This document shows positions 10,701 through 21,901 of a stretch of 64,000 nt of DNA, piece by piece. Where the stretch lies: the IMG/VR virus record IMGVR_UViG_3300031994_000077; one strand, 5' to 3'. Source of the DNA: an uncultured virus (IMG/VR IMGVR_UViG_3300031994_000077). Its lineage: Duplodnaviria > Heunggongvirae > Uroviricota > Caudoviricetes. Every line of letters begins with the position of its first letter. Within the stretch, counting starts at the first letter, position 1. Position numbers and translations under genes: made by a program. The notes beneath the pieces are model-generated. The model saw only the letters and a list, made by a program, of their open reading frames with translations. It had not been told where the DNA came from and ran no database searches.

Positions 10701-13700
10701 ATATCACTTTACCGAATTCTTTATTTATAGAGGATGATGCACCAGGAAAAACAATTGATCTATCTTTTAAGATAACCAACAGTGAATAGTATGATGCTGT
10801 TGCTATAAAAGATTTAAATAGTGATGATACAACTCAAGCAACTAAAGGTATCATTTTACACGCAAATAATGGAGAAATTCGTCTTAATAACGTTGTTAGT
10901 TAGGAATTCCGTTATTGTGAAGAAAGTAGAATTGATATGTCTATTCTTGTAGAGGCTGTTGGCGCGCAAAGATTGATGACAATTTGGCTTGATGGTATTC
11001 CTTCAAAAGTTAATGAATATGCATCTAATATGCTTGTTTATAATGAGCCAAATATAAGTGCTACAATAGGCTCTGAATATTGTGATATATGGATTTATAA
11101 TATTAGGACTTATAACTTAGCACTGTCTAAGCGTGATATGATTCAGAACTATATATCTAATGGTAATACTACTAATGAAAAGGTTAGTAGATATATTTAG
11201 AATAGTATATTAAATCAAAATGATTAGATAACTAAAGCAGCATTACACGCGGCGGCACCTAATTTAACTTTAATTGAAATTTAGATGCCAAAGATGACTT
11301 ACAGTAAAAAAGATGAAGTTCCTTCCACTGTAATTATCACAGATGGCGCAACAGAATTAGAGTTACCAGCACTTACTGGAACTGGAGATGACGCCACAGG
11401 TACTGTTGTAAAAGTACAGGGTACATCCTCTGCGGCTTATGGGCGCTCTTCTTATAATCTTGATATTGATTTTAAGAAAACTGATAAAAAATATAAGATT
11501 AGTGAAAATTCTATTCCAGTTAATTATTTAAATATAAAAGTAAATGTAGCATCTTCAGAAAATGCTAATAATATAAATGCGGTTGACTGGTATAATACTT
11601 ATCAACCATACTTACTACCATATAGAAATACTACTGGAATTCGTGATGTAGTCGAAGGCAAACCTTGTGCTGTCTTTGTAACTAACAATAGTAATAAAGA
11701 TAAGTGGTTTAGCTCTCAATACGTCAGAGCTGGTGAAACTATTCTATACGCAATGGGTGATCTATGTAATAGTAAAAAGAATACAAAAGTTTTCGCTCAA
11801 AGTGGAGCCGCGAATGCAGAAGACACAACTTATACAAAAGCTTGTATTGAGGTTTCTGGTAATGATACAGAACCACAAAGATTCAGAAGTATGACCGGAG
11901 TAAGTTATAATGCGGCTAAGGAAGAATGGCAGTCCACAGAAATTGAAGATGGACAACAAAAGACCATAAAACATTTTGAATGGCGTATGAAACCTTCTTC
12001 TAATGATTTAGACGAAGTTGTAACCGCGTGGAATAATACTGTTAATTGGGTTATCTCTACTATCGGTAATAGTGCAAAATTCAAGAATGAAGTTAGTAAT
12101 TATTTCTCAATCCAATCTCTATTATATCACTTCTTATTTATTGAATATTTTGCTGCATATGATAACGTAAGTAAAAATACATTCTATTCCTATGATTATG
12201 ATCCTACTGCGGGTAAATATTTATGGAATATTAATAAAGCATATGATATGGATACCATCCTGGCCGCGGATAATGATGGTAAGCCATTAGGAGATTATGG
12301 TAAAGATTATGGAGACACAGAAAATGGTCGAAGCTTATTTAACGCTGTTGATAATCCAATCTGGGTCAATATAAAAGAAGCTTTTGGCACAGAGCTATCT
12401 AATCTATATACCACGCTTCGCTCTAATGGCGCTTGGAATTCTGCTAATATTATTGCAAAATGGGATAATTATTAGAGTAAGCGGCCTCATGCTGCAATGG
12501 TTGTAGACGCATATAATAAATATATATTGCCTTATAAAACAGAAGAGGTTGACCTAGAAGATAATGAGGGCGTACGTGGGTATGATAATTCTTATTTACC
12601 ACGACTCCAAGGCTCTAAGACCTATTGGCGCAGACAATTCTTAACCTATTAGACCTCTTATATGGACGGTAAATATCTCGTTGGCACCGGCGCGAAAGGT
12701 AGTGCGATTAACTTCCGTACTAACTGTGAAAGCAGCACTCATAATTTTGAAGTAAAAGCATATGCAAAAACATATATTACCGCAATTGTTGATGATAACA
12801 AAGTCGGCAGTATAAAAGTAAATGCAGGAGATACAATTACTTTCAATAATGTAAGTGTTGGCGCAAATACCACCTTGTATTTTGCTCCTGAAAGATTAAT
12901 TCAATACGTTAAGCCTCTAAATACTACTTTAAACAGTACCTTTGGTGCCGCGGGCGCGGTTAAATTAATGGAAGCTAATTTAGGCGGCGAAAGCATAAAT
13001 AATATCTGGCCTTCTGGAACAGGTGTAAGTATTCCGTCTGTGTTATTAAAAGATCTATCTATCAGAAATATGACGAACTTTACTGATTCACTTAATTTAA
13101 GTGTTAATGTAGAATTAAAAACATTGGATACTCGTGGAACAAAAGCTAGTATTATTACATTGCCCGATTCTGCTCCACTTACTTCTGTTCAATTAAATGC
13201 TTGCACTGGCATTTATGCACACAATCTAAATAATGTACAGACATTTACAATGGAGCGCGGCGATAACTTAATTTCTGTACAATATCAGAATTGTAATAAA
13301 GTTACGTCTGATGCTATTGCTACTTATCTAGCACAAGCAGTAAATGCACAATCAAGTGTTACAAGACGTATTCGTGCAATAGATGTTGATTGGGACTTTG
13401 AAAACATTGATACTGTTTATAGAATTGCTACCAAATGGCGTGGTTATAATGCCCTTGGCAATGAACAGGCCATGCCAGTAATAACTGGTAATATTAATGT
13501 TTATACCATGTCATTGAAGAAACTTGAAGCAATTCATGCAATTTGGGGTCAAGGTAATTTTGAAGACAGCCTAGATACTCAAAATAAAGTATGGACATCT
13601 GATAATCTTACGATTCATTATGAAATCACTGTACCATATTATGCTATTATATTTAAGAATTACGATGGTAGTATTTTAAAAGGTAAGAATGGTGCAGATT

Positions 13701-15739
13701 ATATTCAATATGTAGATGCCGGCGATAAGCCATATGATCCAATAGAAGCTGGCGAAATGAATCAACCGACATACGCAGATGATAAGTATGATTATACATT
13801 CACTGGATGGGATACTTTACAAACAGTAGTTACTGCCGCGAGAGATGTTTCTGCTGTTTATACTAGCCAAATTCATACTTATACCGTTACTTGGTTTGAA
13901 AGAGAGGGTGGCGCGCAAGCCTTAGCTTCAATCAGTAATATTGAATATGGTACTGGTGTAGATTATCCTGGACAGCAAATTATAGACGCGCAAAGTGGAG
14001 AAGTTGTTGGAACTAGAATGATTCCTGTTCGCGGGGATGCGGATAATCAACAATTCTATGTGTTCCTTGGATGGGATAAGAGCACTAGTTATATTACAAG
14101 TGATCTTAATGTTTATGCGAACTGGGACTATACCAACGGATTACCATCTACTTCAACTGAATTGAAGGATATGAAATTAAGTGAAATTTATGGCGTGACT
14201 TATACTTATAAAAATGATCCAACATCATTACATAATTATATTACTGATGGCTCATATTATGATATTCAAGTTGGATTTGATCCGGCCTATTCAAATGTAA
14301 CTTCATAGACTTTAATCAGTACTCCTACATATTTTGATGGAACTGATAATTCTATAATGGTTTTTGACGGTAGAAATTCCTTACCAGAAATAAAATTATT
14401 TGATGAAAATGCACCATCCTTTACATTAGCTATTGATTATGAATTTGTCGGCAATAATAATGAAGGATGCTTGATTTCTAATAATAATATAGATGGAGAC
14501 GCGGCGTATGGGTTTAGATTAAGACAAGAAAATGGTAATCCAAATGTTATGTGGGGTACTACTTCTCGTCAGGTAGGCACTGGTAATTATAGAAATATGT
14601 TAGTTATTAGACATAACAAAGGTGAATCAACCACTTATCAGTTATTACTAAATTATCATAACCTTACTGATTCATATGCTGATACTGACCTCTCAGATAC
14701 AATAGCCCGTTCTACTTCTTCAACCGCAAATGGATACCTAACTTTTGGTGGTTCTATTAGATATAATACATCAAATAATACTTGGGTATCGAGTAACCTT
14801 GGAATGGGATGGATATATTGGAGCAAAATCTGGTATTAGGATTTAGGAGAAAACGACTCAGCCTCAATAGCTAGATGGCCGCACGAAACTTGGAGAATGG
14901 AATACGCGGGCTTAGGCAAACAGACTGATGAATATACTCGCAATGCCGCAGAATTTTTCTTAAATGCACCTCTTCCATTAAAGCACGGTATTAGTAATCT
15001 TACTTCATCAAGTATGAAGAGCTTTATGAATAAAATTTACAGTGCATTACCAATTGGGTGGCAAGCAATTATTAAAGATGTTGCGGTAAAATAGATAACT
15101 AGTTATAATGGCTCATCGCCTGTGGTAACTACTAGCTCCAATAAGATATATATTCCTGCTTTAATTGAAGCTAATTATAGTAGTGGAGTAAAATCAGAAT
15201 TAAGTTATCATAGTACAAATAATCCTACATATATTCATTAGCTACAAGATAATCAAGATAGAATTAGATTCCCTGGAATTATAAATGATAGATTCAATTA
15301 TATTACAAGAAGTTATATAGATAATGGAGAAGAAAAAGATCCTACTAATTATGCTAATGCATCCAATCCAATTATTAGTGGAAAAACTGTATGGATTAGA
15401 ACAGATACTATTTCTGACCCAGATTCATACTATTCTGATAGTACCATTAATAATATAGGATATATTTTCTTTGATAGTGATTATTGTAATAAGCATACTA
15501 TTATCTGTGGAAGAAATAAAAACGACAGTTCAAATATAGACGCCACTGGCGTTAACTTTACTGGTGGTAAGTGGATACTTGCTTCTTCTTGGTAGTTAAG
15601 AACCTTAATGAGAGGTAGCAACGATGACAGCAGTACTTATTATAATAGAGTTAAGATTAATGGTTCCACAGATATGAATTGGTATGACCAGTATTCTTCT
15701 AGTAATAATTATAATATTAACTTCTGCTTTACCGTATAA
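7703..15739 (+). CDS. Giant multidomain tail-fibre/adhesin-like protein (2678 aa) with a CotH-kinase-like domain, TAG read-through
   Basis: AAGGAGG RBS then ATG 7703; eight track ORFs (8339 to 14897) share one frame and end in TAG; TAA at 15737-15739. Motifs YDNVSKNTF...WNINKAYDMDT (CotH-like), repeated Y..GDYCIY...LY.C modules, YTFTGWD repeats. Confidence 0.85.
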
Positions 15740-15756
15740 TAAAGGAGGGATAAAGA

Positions 15757-16203
15757 ATGCTATATTATAAAATTATCTCTCAAAATGAAGTTATCGGAGT
15801 TGGTGTAGGTTTTCTTAAATGGAATTCTAAAATGCATCGCTTCTATTATTCAGAAATAGACTTCGCGCACTGTGTGCAAGATTCTATTACTTTAAAAAAA
15901 TATACAACAGAATGGTTAAAGCCATTACCTGCTGATGCGCCGCAAATAGAAGAGGCTAAGGTCGTTGTCATTGATTAGGCTGAATATGATGAATTACAGG
16001 AGTAGTTAAAGGAAAAGGAAGTAATTCCTTATACTCCTCCTACTCCTTCGCAAGAAGAAAAAACAGAACCTCAAAATGACGTTATGCCAGAACAACCTCT
16101 AACTATTCAGCAAATGAGAGAAAAATTAAAGAAACAAGACGAAACTATAAATATGTTAGTAGATTGCTTACTAGAAGTTAGTGAGGTAGTCTATAACGAA
16201 TAA
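15757..16203 (+). CDS. Tail-associated small protein, 148 aa, TAG read-through
   Basis: Frame continues past TAG 15976 to LVDCLLEVSEVVYNE TAA, directly before the terminator. Confidence 0.8.
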
Positions 16204-16242
16204 AAAATAAAGGGAGAGCGTAATGCTCTCCCTTTTATTTTT
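16204..16242. terminator. Bidirectional terminator between convergent genes
   Basis: AGGGAGAGC-GTAAT-GCTCTCCCT flanked by A-runs and T-runs. Confidence 0.85.
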
Positions 16243-16653
16243 TTACATATTTTTAATCTTTTCTTCAAGAATACTCAAATGCTTATTCCAACCTTCACCC
16301 ATGCGGTCGCAGGTATTTGCGGCAGTCTCTAACATTTTGTCAATCGCAGAGAAATAATAATTAACCCGCTTGAAGAAAGACGAACAAAACTTCTCCTTCA
16401 TCTTAGTAAAAGCAATAAGCTTGCCCTTCTCTTCATTCCATTCATCTTCAGGCGCGCACGTAGCTACACCGGTATAGTATCGCCGCATTTTTTGCGTTGC
16501 ATCAATAGCAAAAAGACAAGCAGTATTGCTCCTGAGTAAGTCAGATAAATAATTCTGTACGCAATATGGGTTGCAATAATAGATACAAATAATCTTCCTA
16601 TCCTCTGGTTTTACAATAAACTTACACTGTTCCATTTCTACGTTAATCTTCAT
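16243..16653 (-). CDS. Hypothetical protein
   Basis: Intact ORF; G.A.C.PED.W..E.GK.IA motif; overlaps upstream gene. Confidence 0.75.
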   Translation of the reverse strand: MKINVEMEQCKFIVKPEDRKIICIYYCNPYCVQNYLSDLLRSNTACLFAIDATQKMRRYYTGVATCAPEDEWNEEKGKLIAFTKMKEKFCSSFFKRVNYYFSAIDKMLETAANTCDRMGEGWNKHLSILEEKIKNM

Positions 16654-17017
16654 TTTCTTTATCCTTTCCTTGAATCTCTTCTAATACTTGTTCTACGCAT
16701 TCTGGCAGCAGGTCTAAACGAATTAGACAATCAATAAATCTAAAAATTTTATTTGAATTATATCTTAATAGATATTCTATATCATACTCAAAGTCATGTA
16801 ACGCTCTCAGCGCAAGCATAAAGTTATCACATACATATTTTTGTACAACTTCTTCGTAGTCATAACCATATGGACCATTGCCAACAACCATATCTTCGGC
16901 AAATAGTTCATCCACAATGTCGTCGGCGCGCATATCCATTAGTTCTTCCGTTGAATAGGAATCTTCAAGGTAATCGCGCACATCTCTACAAATTTCTTCA
17001 ACATAATTATAACTCAT
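16643..17017 (-). CDS. Acidic hypothetical protein
   Basis: Intact ORF with GGAGG RBS in a tightly packed operon. Confidence 0.75.
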   Translation of the reverse strand: MSYNYVEEICRDVRDYLEDSYSTEELMDMRADDIVDELFAEDMVVGNGPYGYDYEEVVQKYVCDNFMLALRALHDFEYDIEYLLRYNSNKIFRFIDCLIRLDLLPECVEQVLEEIQGKDKENED

Positions 17018-17210
17018 CTACTACCTCCATAGTATTCCAATCCTCAATTGCGGCCTTCCTGGATTCTGGGTCACGCTGTTCGTACCAATCACTAATCTGC
17101 GCGCCCATAAGCCCGCACTTTTTACATTCTACCCATGTATAAGGCATCTTATATCTTACTTTTGCGGTTCCGCCGCAAGCGGGGCAATGCCTAATTTCTT
17201 CTTTTCCCAT
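17007..17210 (-). CDS. Lar-family-like (restriction alleviation) zinc-ribbon protein
   Basis: CPACGG...VECKKCG...AIEDWN pattern. Confidence 0.7.
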   Translation of the reverse strand: MGKEEIRHCPACGGTAKVRYKMPYTWVECKKCGLMGAQISDWYEQRDPESRKAAIEDWNTMEVVDEL

Positions 17211-17219
17211 TTTCCTTTA

Positions 17220-17582
17220 TCATCCTTTAATATTGTTAATAGAAGTAATAATATAATCAATAATTTCTTTCACCGCAGAAATACCATTATTAGCGTTATC
17301 CACTGTGACATAATTAGCAACAATCATCCGCAGACAAGTGTCCTCTGACGGAATGAAGAGACTAATTAGCATTATAATAAGGCCATATTCTATCAGTTTA
17401 ACGCAACTTCTTTTAAGTTTTTCTGCGGTTTCGCGCTCTTCTTCCAAAAACGTTACAAGAAAAAAGATACCGAAAACACAACTTCCGGCCAAACAAGCTG
17501 AGCCGCAGACGGCAAAAAATATTTTTATAGAATTTAGTAAAGAAACAATATAAAAAATCTTAGGGTCAATAATATAATTCAT
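17220..17582 (-). CDS. Membrane protein
   Basis: Two hydrophobic segments followed by IPS.DT. Confidence 0.7.
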   Translation of the reverse strand: MNYIIDPKIFYIVSLLNSIKIFFAVCGSACLAGSCVFGIFFLVTFLEEERETAEKLKRSCVKLIEYGLIIMLISLFIPSEDTCLRMIVANYVTVDNANNGISAVKEIIDYIITSINNIKG

Positions 17583-17854
17583 TCCTCTTCACGCGCCTCC
17601 GTTTCTGTTACCAGATGAATTCCTGTATATCCTGCATCTCTGAGACTCATACCCAGACGAATGGCGTCAATGAAATTATAAGCATCAAACAAATCTCTGC
17701 CAATAATTGCATCTTCGGGGCATTCACACATATCGGATACATGAAAACTATTCTTAAAAACGCCATCATCCCAACTTAACTTCTGACTTTCAACGCCCCA
17801 GCCATCATAGCGCTCGCGCTCTACAAGTTTCATTTCTAACAATTTTTCACTCAT
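17579..17854 (-). CDS. Hypothetical protein
   Basis: Intact ORF overlapping its neighbours. Confidence 0.7.
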   Translation of the reverse strand: MSEKLLEMKLVERERYDGWGVESQKLSWDDGVFKNSFHVSDMCECPEDAIIGRDLFDAYNFIDAIRLGMSLRDAGYTGIHLVTETEAREEE

Positions 17855-18167
17855 TAGAATCTCCTTTATTTCCTACAAGTAATTCTGCTCGCCATATTAC
17901 ATACATATTATCTATATGTTTATATGTAAATTTTACCAAATTATTATCTAATAGCTGTTTTACCAAGTCAAGGGCCATTTTTTCTTTAATATAGGTCGCT
18001 GGTATGACCTCTTGTATAGGCTCTTTATAATATGTAGAAACTCTTTCTATCGGCATAATAGTTGCTGTAACAGCAAGTTGTTGAGAAGATATAGGTACAG
18101 GCGCGGGCCGCCTATAAAAAATTTTCTTAATCTTTTCTACTAATCCCACAGTTAGGACACACTCCAT
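17847..18167 (-). CDS. Hypothetical protein
   Basis: Intact ORF in the operon. Confidence 0.6.
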   Translation of the reverse strand: MECVLTVGLVEKIKKIFYRRPAPVPISSQQLAVTATIMPIERVSTYYKEPIQEVIPATYIKEKMALDLVKQLLDNNLVKFTYKHIDNMYVIWRAELLVGNKGDSNE

Positions 18168-18414
18168 CTTCCTTATAATCTATATAGTCACAGCGACATT
18201 CTTCACATCTAAAAGCTGGGATATTGCCTACTGTTGGCGCGGCATTGATTATATCCTGATAAGCTCTGATAATATCCAGCGCGAATAGGCGGGCGCGCTC
18301 TTCATCCCATTGATAGTGATACTTTACAATCATATCACTAATTATATCATCAGCTTCATTAGATGGCGCAAAAAAGTCGCAATCGTCTCTGTATACCATT
18401 TCACGAATTGTCAT
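18127..18414 (-). CDS. Hypothetical protein with C-terminal zinc ribbon
   Basis: CEEC...CPNCG. Confidence 0.65.
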   Translation of the reverse strand: MTIREMVYRDDCDFFAPSNEADDIISDMIVKYHYQWDEERARLFALDIIRAYQDIINAAPTVGNIPAFRCEECRCDYIDYKEDGVCPNCGISRKD

Positions 18415-18619
18415 GCGTATTCATCTCCTCTATGCGTAATTCCACGGATTCCCCTGCTTTATATATGAATAATTCAAATGAAGCCAAAGCGAATAGAAAC
18501 CGATAGGCATTTATGCCCATATCAAAAAAGTTAAAAAAGGCAATAATAGCAAGAGCTAAATGACTTGCGGCAAGAAAGTCCGCTATTCGTCTCTGATATT
18601 TACTATACATGCGCACCAC
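18401..18619 (-). CDS. Small membrane protein
   Basis: Hydrophobic ORF in the operon. Confidence 0.55.
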   Translation of the reverse strand: MVRMYSKYQRRIADFLAASHLALAIIAFFNFFDMGINAYRFLFALASFELFIYKAGESVELRIEEMNTHDNS

Positions 18620-18622
18620 CTA

Positions 18623-18790
18623 TTACAGATAGAACTTGGTAAGAATCATAAACATTACCAGCATAATATAGACATAACAAACTACGCGGAAGAACCACAT
18701 ACGAAAGTGGAAGGGATTGAATAGGCATAGAATAGCCAAGAATACGCTATAAATCAGAAAAATTAGTTCTACGTTAATTTCTACTGTCAT
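18623..18790 (-). CDS. Small membrane protein, 55 aa
   Basis: GAGG RBS, MTVEINVELIFLIYSVFLAIL...; fills the gap; below the track cutoff. Confidence 0.55.
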   Translation of the reverse strand: MTVEINVELIFLIYSVFLAILCLFNPFHFRMWFFRVVCYVYIMLVMFMILTKFYL

Positions 18791-18800
18791 ATTTTATACC

Positions 18801-19601
18801 TCAAAAAGTTCGTACAATTTCAATTTTAGAATGAGTTTCATGGAAAATTGAATTAGTTGTATAAAGTTTCGTAATCAGATTGGGAATATCCAACAACGAT
18901 TCGCCTTGGATGTGCGGACCGAGTACCGATTTTTCGCAATGACTTACAAAAATATAAATATCTTTCGCGCCCATATTTTTAAGTTCGCGCGCGGCCTTAT
19001 ACAAAGTATGGCCGGTGCCGCATATGTCGTCTACAATCAGAATATCCCGTCCCGTAATAGAATCGCCAGTACCGACCAATTGAAACGATTCAATTCGGTG
19101 CGTTTCAAAGTTTCTTACCTTAATGCCACGCAAGTAGGGTACTTTGAACATAGGGCCGTACTTCTTTGTACTACCTGAGTCGGGGTATACTACGAGGATA
19201 CCAGGATGGGCCGTGAGCAGATTATCAACTTCTACCTTTGGCGTTGTAATTACACAGCGGTCAATTAGCGCGGCGGTAACATCTGAATGAGGGTCATAGA
19301 TGCGGACTTCCGAAAAATTCAATGAGTTAATAAAGTTTGCGAAGTATTTTAGCGTAAAGATGTCATAGGGACTCATTACGCGGTCCTGCCTACTATTAGG
19401 GCAGAACGGCATATTTAGCGCTATGTTACTATGCTTCTCGTGAAGATGCTTGGTAATGAAGTATAGTGCCATAGCTTCTTCATTATCTTCAAATAGCCAC
19501 GTAATTGTAACGTCCTGCGCGCCCTCGTTATTTAATAGAATGTAGTAAGTTTGGTCGTTAAAATGATTTAAACTAATTTTCTTACCATCTACAAAAATCA
19601 T
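18801..19601 (-). CDS. Ribose-phosphate pyrophosphokinase (PRPP synthetase)-like protein
   Basis: SRQDR, DPHS, YPDSG and IVDDICGTGHT motifs; own promoter near 19625-19655. Confidence 0.85.
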   Translation of the reverse strand: MIFVDGKKISLNHFNDQTYYILLNNEGAQDVTITWLFEDNEEAMALYFITKHLHEKHSNIALNMPFCPNSRQDRVMSPYDIFTLKYFANFINSLNFSEVRIYDPHSDVTAALIDRCVITTPKVEVDNLLTAHPGILVVYPDSGSTKKYGPMFKVPYLRGIKVRNFETHRIESFQLVGTGDSITGRDILIVDDICGTGHTLYKAARELKNMGAKDIYIFVSHCEKSVLGPHIQGESLLDIPNLITKLYTTNSIFHETHSKIEIVRTF

Positions 19602-19684
19602 ATTCTTCTCCTTTCCTTATATTATAATTATATTATAAAATTTAAAAAATGTCAAATCTTTCTTCCTCCCTCCGAAGGAGAAAA

Positions 19685-19935
19685 TCCGCGGAACCCGTCG
19701 CGCCAGCGACGGGTAGGCTCCGCGGCGATCATATTTTTATTTTATTATTATATTATTATTATTATATATATTTATATATATTTATATTACTGTATGAAAA
19801 AATCGGGTATTATGTATGATTTTTTCGTACATTCAAAAATGAATGTATGATTTTTCCGTACAGGTATGTATGATTTTTTCATACACGTATGTATGAAAAA
19901 ATCGGGCAATCGAATGTATGATTTTTTCATACATT
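19685..19935. repeat. Iteron-like repeats with AT-rich tract and GC hairpin (candidate replication origin)
   Basis: Six TGTATGA(A/T-run) repeats at 19791-19935, an AT-only tract near 19730-19790 and a hairpin ACCCGTCGC-GCCA-GCGACGGGT. Confidence 0.6.
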
Positions 19936-20310
19936 CGCGCCGGAACGTTTTGCTTTCTCAATATTCCATAAATCAATAGCCTTTTGCGGTAATGGATTAA
20001 AGGAATAATGGTTTTGCCGCGTTAGAGTTAAAAATCCATATTCTTCTAATTTCTTTTTACTTTTTCTGGCTGTATCTTCTTTAAAACCTAATTCAATTTG
20101 TAGATTAGCGGGTGAAAATTCATAAGTACCCTTTCCAGCCCACTTTAATATATACATGTAAAGTTTATATTCATTTCCTGTTAATAATCCTAATGGTATA
20201 CATAATTTATCCCAAGATAGAGGTTGTAACCATTGTTCTTGTACTCCTTCATTATGTCGAATATTATTTAATGTTATATTTTCTATAACTGTTTGATTTC
20301 TATAATTCAT
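19927..20310 (-). CDS. Winged-helix replication-initiator-like protein
   Basis: LTGNEYKLYMYI...ELGFKEDTARKSKKKLEEYGFL pattern; adjacent to the iterons. Confidence 0.6.
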   Translation of the reverse strand: MNYRNQTVIENITLNNIRHNEGVQEQWLQPLSWDKLCIPLGLLTGNEYKLYMYILKWAGKGTYEFSPANLQIELGFKEDTARKSKKKLEEYGFLTLTRQNHYSFNPLPQKAIDLWNIEKAKRSGANV

Positions 20311-20342
20311 AATCTCAACTCCTGCTTACATGCTTAAAACAC

Positions 20343-20537
20343 TCATCCTTTCTTGGTGAGTTCTTGAATTGCTTGCCGCAACGCAGGAGTATCTTCAAAT
20401 AAAATTACCTCATGCGTTGGGTCTTTTGTATTTAATTCCTTTCCGAGTGGCTTAAATCCTCGTGCATATAATTTATTTGCTAATGTCCAAGTATAAACGA
20501 TATAAGGCTTCTTTTGCTTCATAGCTTTATTCACCAT
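20343..20537 (-). CDS. Small protein (DUF5659-like), paralog of 20568..20750
   Basis: Y.VY...A..L...GF...N.K.P...V..FEDTP.LR.AI shared with the next gene. Confidence 0.65.
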   Translation of the reverse strand: MVNKAMKQKKPYIVYTWTLANKLYARGFKPLGKELNTKDPTHEVILFEDTPALRQAIQELTKKG

Positions 20538-20567
20538 CTTCTATTTTATTATATTTCTCTAATGATA

Positions 20568-20750
20568 TTATTTACTGCGATTTATTAACGGATAAATCGC
20601 TCTCCTCAATTCTGGTGTATCTTCAAAAAAGTAAACTGCGCGATTAGGGTACTTAATATTAGGTTCTACTTTCTGAACTACAAATCCTGCTCGTTCAAGC
20701 TCGCGCGCAACTTTCTTAGAATAAACAATATAATATAACATATTATTCAC
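20568..20750 (-). CDS. Small protein (DUF5659-like), paralog of 20343..20537
   Basis: Shared FEDTP.LR.AI motif. Confidence 0.65.
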   Translation of the reverse strand: MNNMLYYIVYSKKVARELERAGFVVQKVEPNIKYPNRAVYFFEDTPELRRAIYPLINRSK

Positions 20751-20752
20751 CC

Positions 20753-20959
20753 TTACATAAAAATTTTTTGTATATTTTTATATAATTCTTGTAATCCTTC
20801 TTCATATCTTACAATAACTTCATCTTTCGGTATTGCGCCATTAAGATAATATGTAATAGTAGAAGGATGACAGTTCAAATATCTACTAATAACCGCCATA
20901 GGTATTCCGATACCATTTTTCTTATCAGTTAAAGCACGAATTTTATCTAATGTATCCAT
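20753..20959 (-). CDS. Cro/XRE-like helix-turn-helix protein
   Basis: GIPMAVISRYLNCHPSTITYYLNG HTH pattern; GGAGG RBS. Confidence 0.65.
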   Translation of the reverse strand: MDTLDKIRALTDKKNGIGIPMAVISRYLNCHPSTITYYLNGAIPKDEVIVRYEEGLQELYKNIQKIFM

Positions 20960-21108
20960 ATTATCACCTCCATTATAATTGTATGAATACTACATAAAAA
21001 CTATTGCGCTTTCCGCGGATTTTTTCAATTCGTGGAAAACGTGCTACACAAAGTAGGAGTGCTACATTCAGGATTCTATATAGGTCGGCGCGCACTCCTA
21101 CTATTCTA

Positions 21109-21303
21109 TTACTTCAAAAATGAAATTCCCTTCTCTTCTATTTCTCTCTCTTTCTCTTCTATCTTTCTCGCTATCACTACTTCTTCATAGTTACTAAACC
21201 ACGCATAACAAAACTCGCATCTTTCTACCAGATGCGACTATCCCATCCTACACTTACTACAATACCAATCCCCATTACTTTTCTACTTTATTTCCGCAAC
21301 CAT
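21109..21303 (-). CDS. Small zinc-finger protein, 64 aa, TAG read-through
   Basis: MVAEIK*KSNGDWYCSKCRMG*SHLVERCEFC...; a TAG lies between the two CxxC pairs. Confidence 0.6.
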
Positions 21304-21305
21304 AC

Positions 21306-21506
21306 TCATACCACCAATAGCGCATCCAAGTAATCAGGTTCCAATCCCAGCCAGTAGGCAATAGAATCTTCCATCTCTTGTAAACTACCACCATTCATAA
21401 CCAACCAATCAATTTCCTTCTTACACTCTTCTACCGTATCCCATGCTTCTCTCTTACTTACACCATCACGCCGCACCAATATATCTACAATATCCCTTAA
21501 TTCCAT
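21306..21506 (-). CDS. Hypothetical protein
   Basis: Intact ORF ending LGLEPDYL. Confidence 0.7.
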   Translation of the reverse strand: MELRDIVDILVRRDGVSKREAWDTVEECKKEIDWLVMNGGSLQEMEDSIAYWLGLEPDYLDALLVV

Positions 21507-21901
21507 AACTTATAAAACACCTCCCCTAATTTCTTAAATACATCCTTAACTTCCTTATTCTGTTCTTCCGCAAGTTCTACCATTCTACTACGCCATCTCT
21601 CATACGCTACACCCTTATCCTTACTCTTCTTCTCCAACGCTTCCATATAGTCCTTCGTCCACTCATTCTTATCCCAAACCCAATCTCTACCTAACTCTTC
21701 TATTCTCGTCGCCAACTCATATATCTCTCGCTGCCACTTCTCCAAACTCCCATACTCTTCCGGATACCCATTACTATAATAAGCCAACTCCCTAAGTATT
21801 TTAGGAGCTATGCGGCAAAACCATGAATCGAAACCCCAAGTATCCGAATCATCATAACCTTTTCGCGCACGTTGTATAGCATACTTCAATTTCCTCCACA
21901 T
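21497..21901 (-). CDS. Hypothetical protein
   Basis: Intact ORF with GGAGG RBS and promoter near 21925-21955. Confidence 0.7.
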   Translation of the reverse strand: MWRKLKYAIQRARKGYDDSDTWGFDSWFCRIAPKILRELAYYSNGYPEEYGSLEKWQREIYELATRIEELGRDWVWDKNEWTKDYMEALEKKSKDKGVAYERWRSRMVELAEEQNKEVKDVFKKLGEVFYKLWN

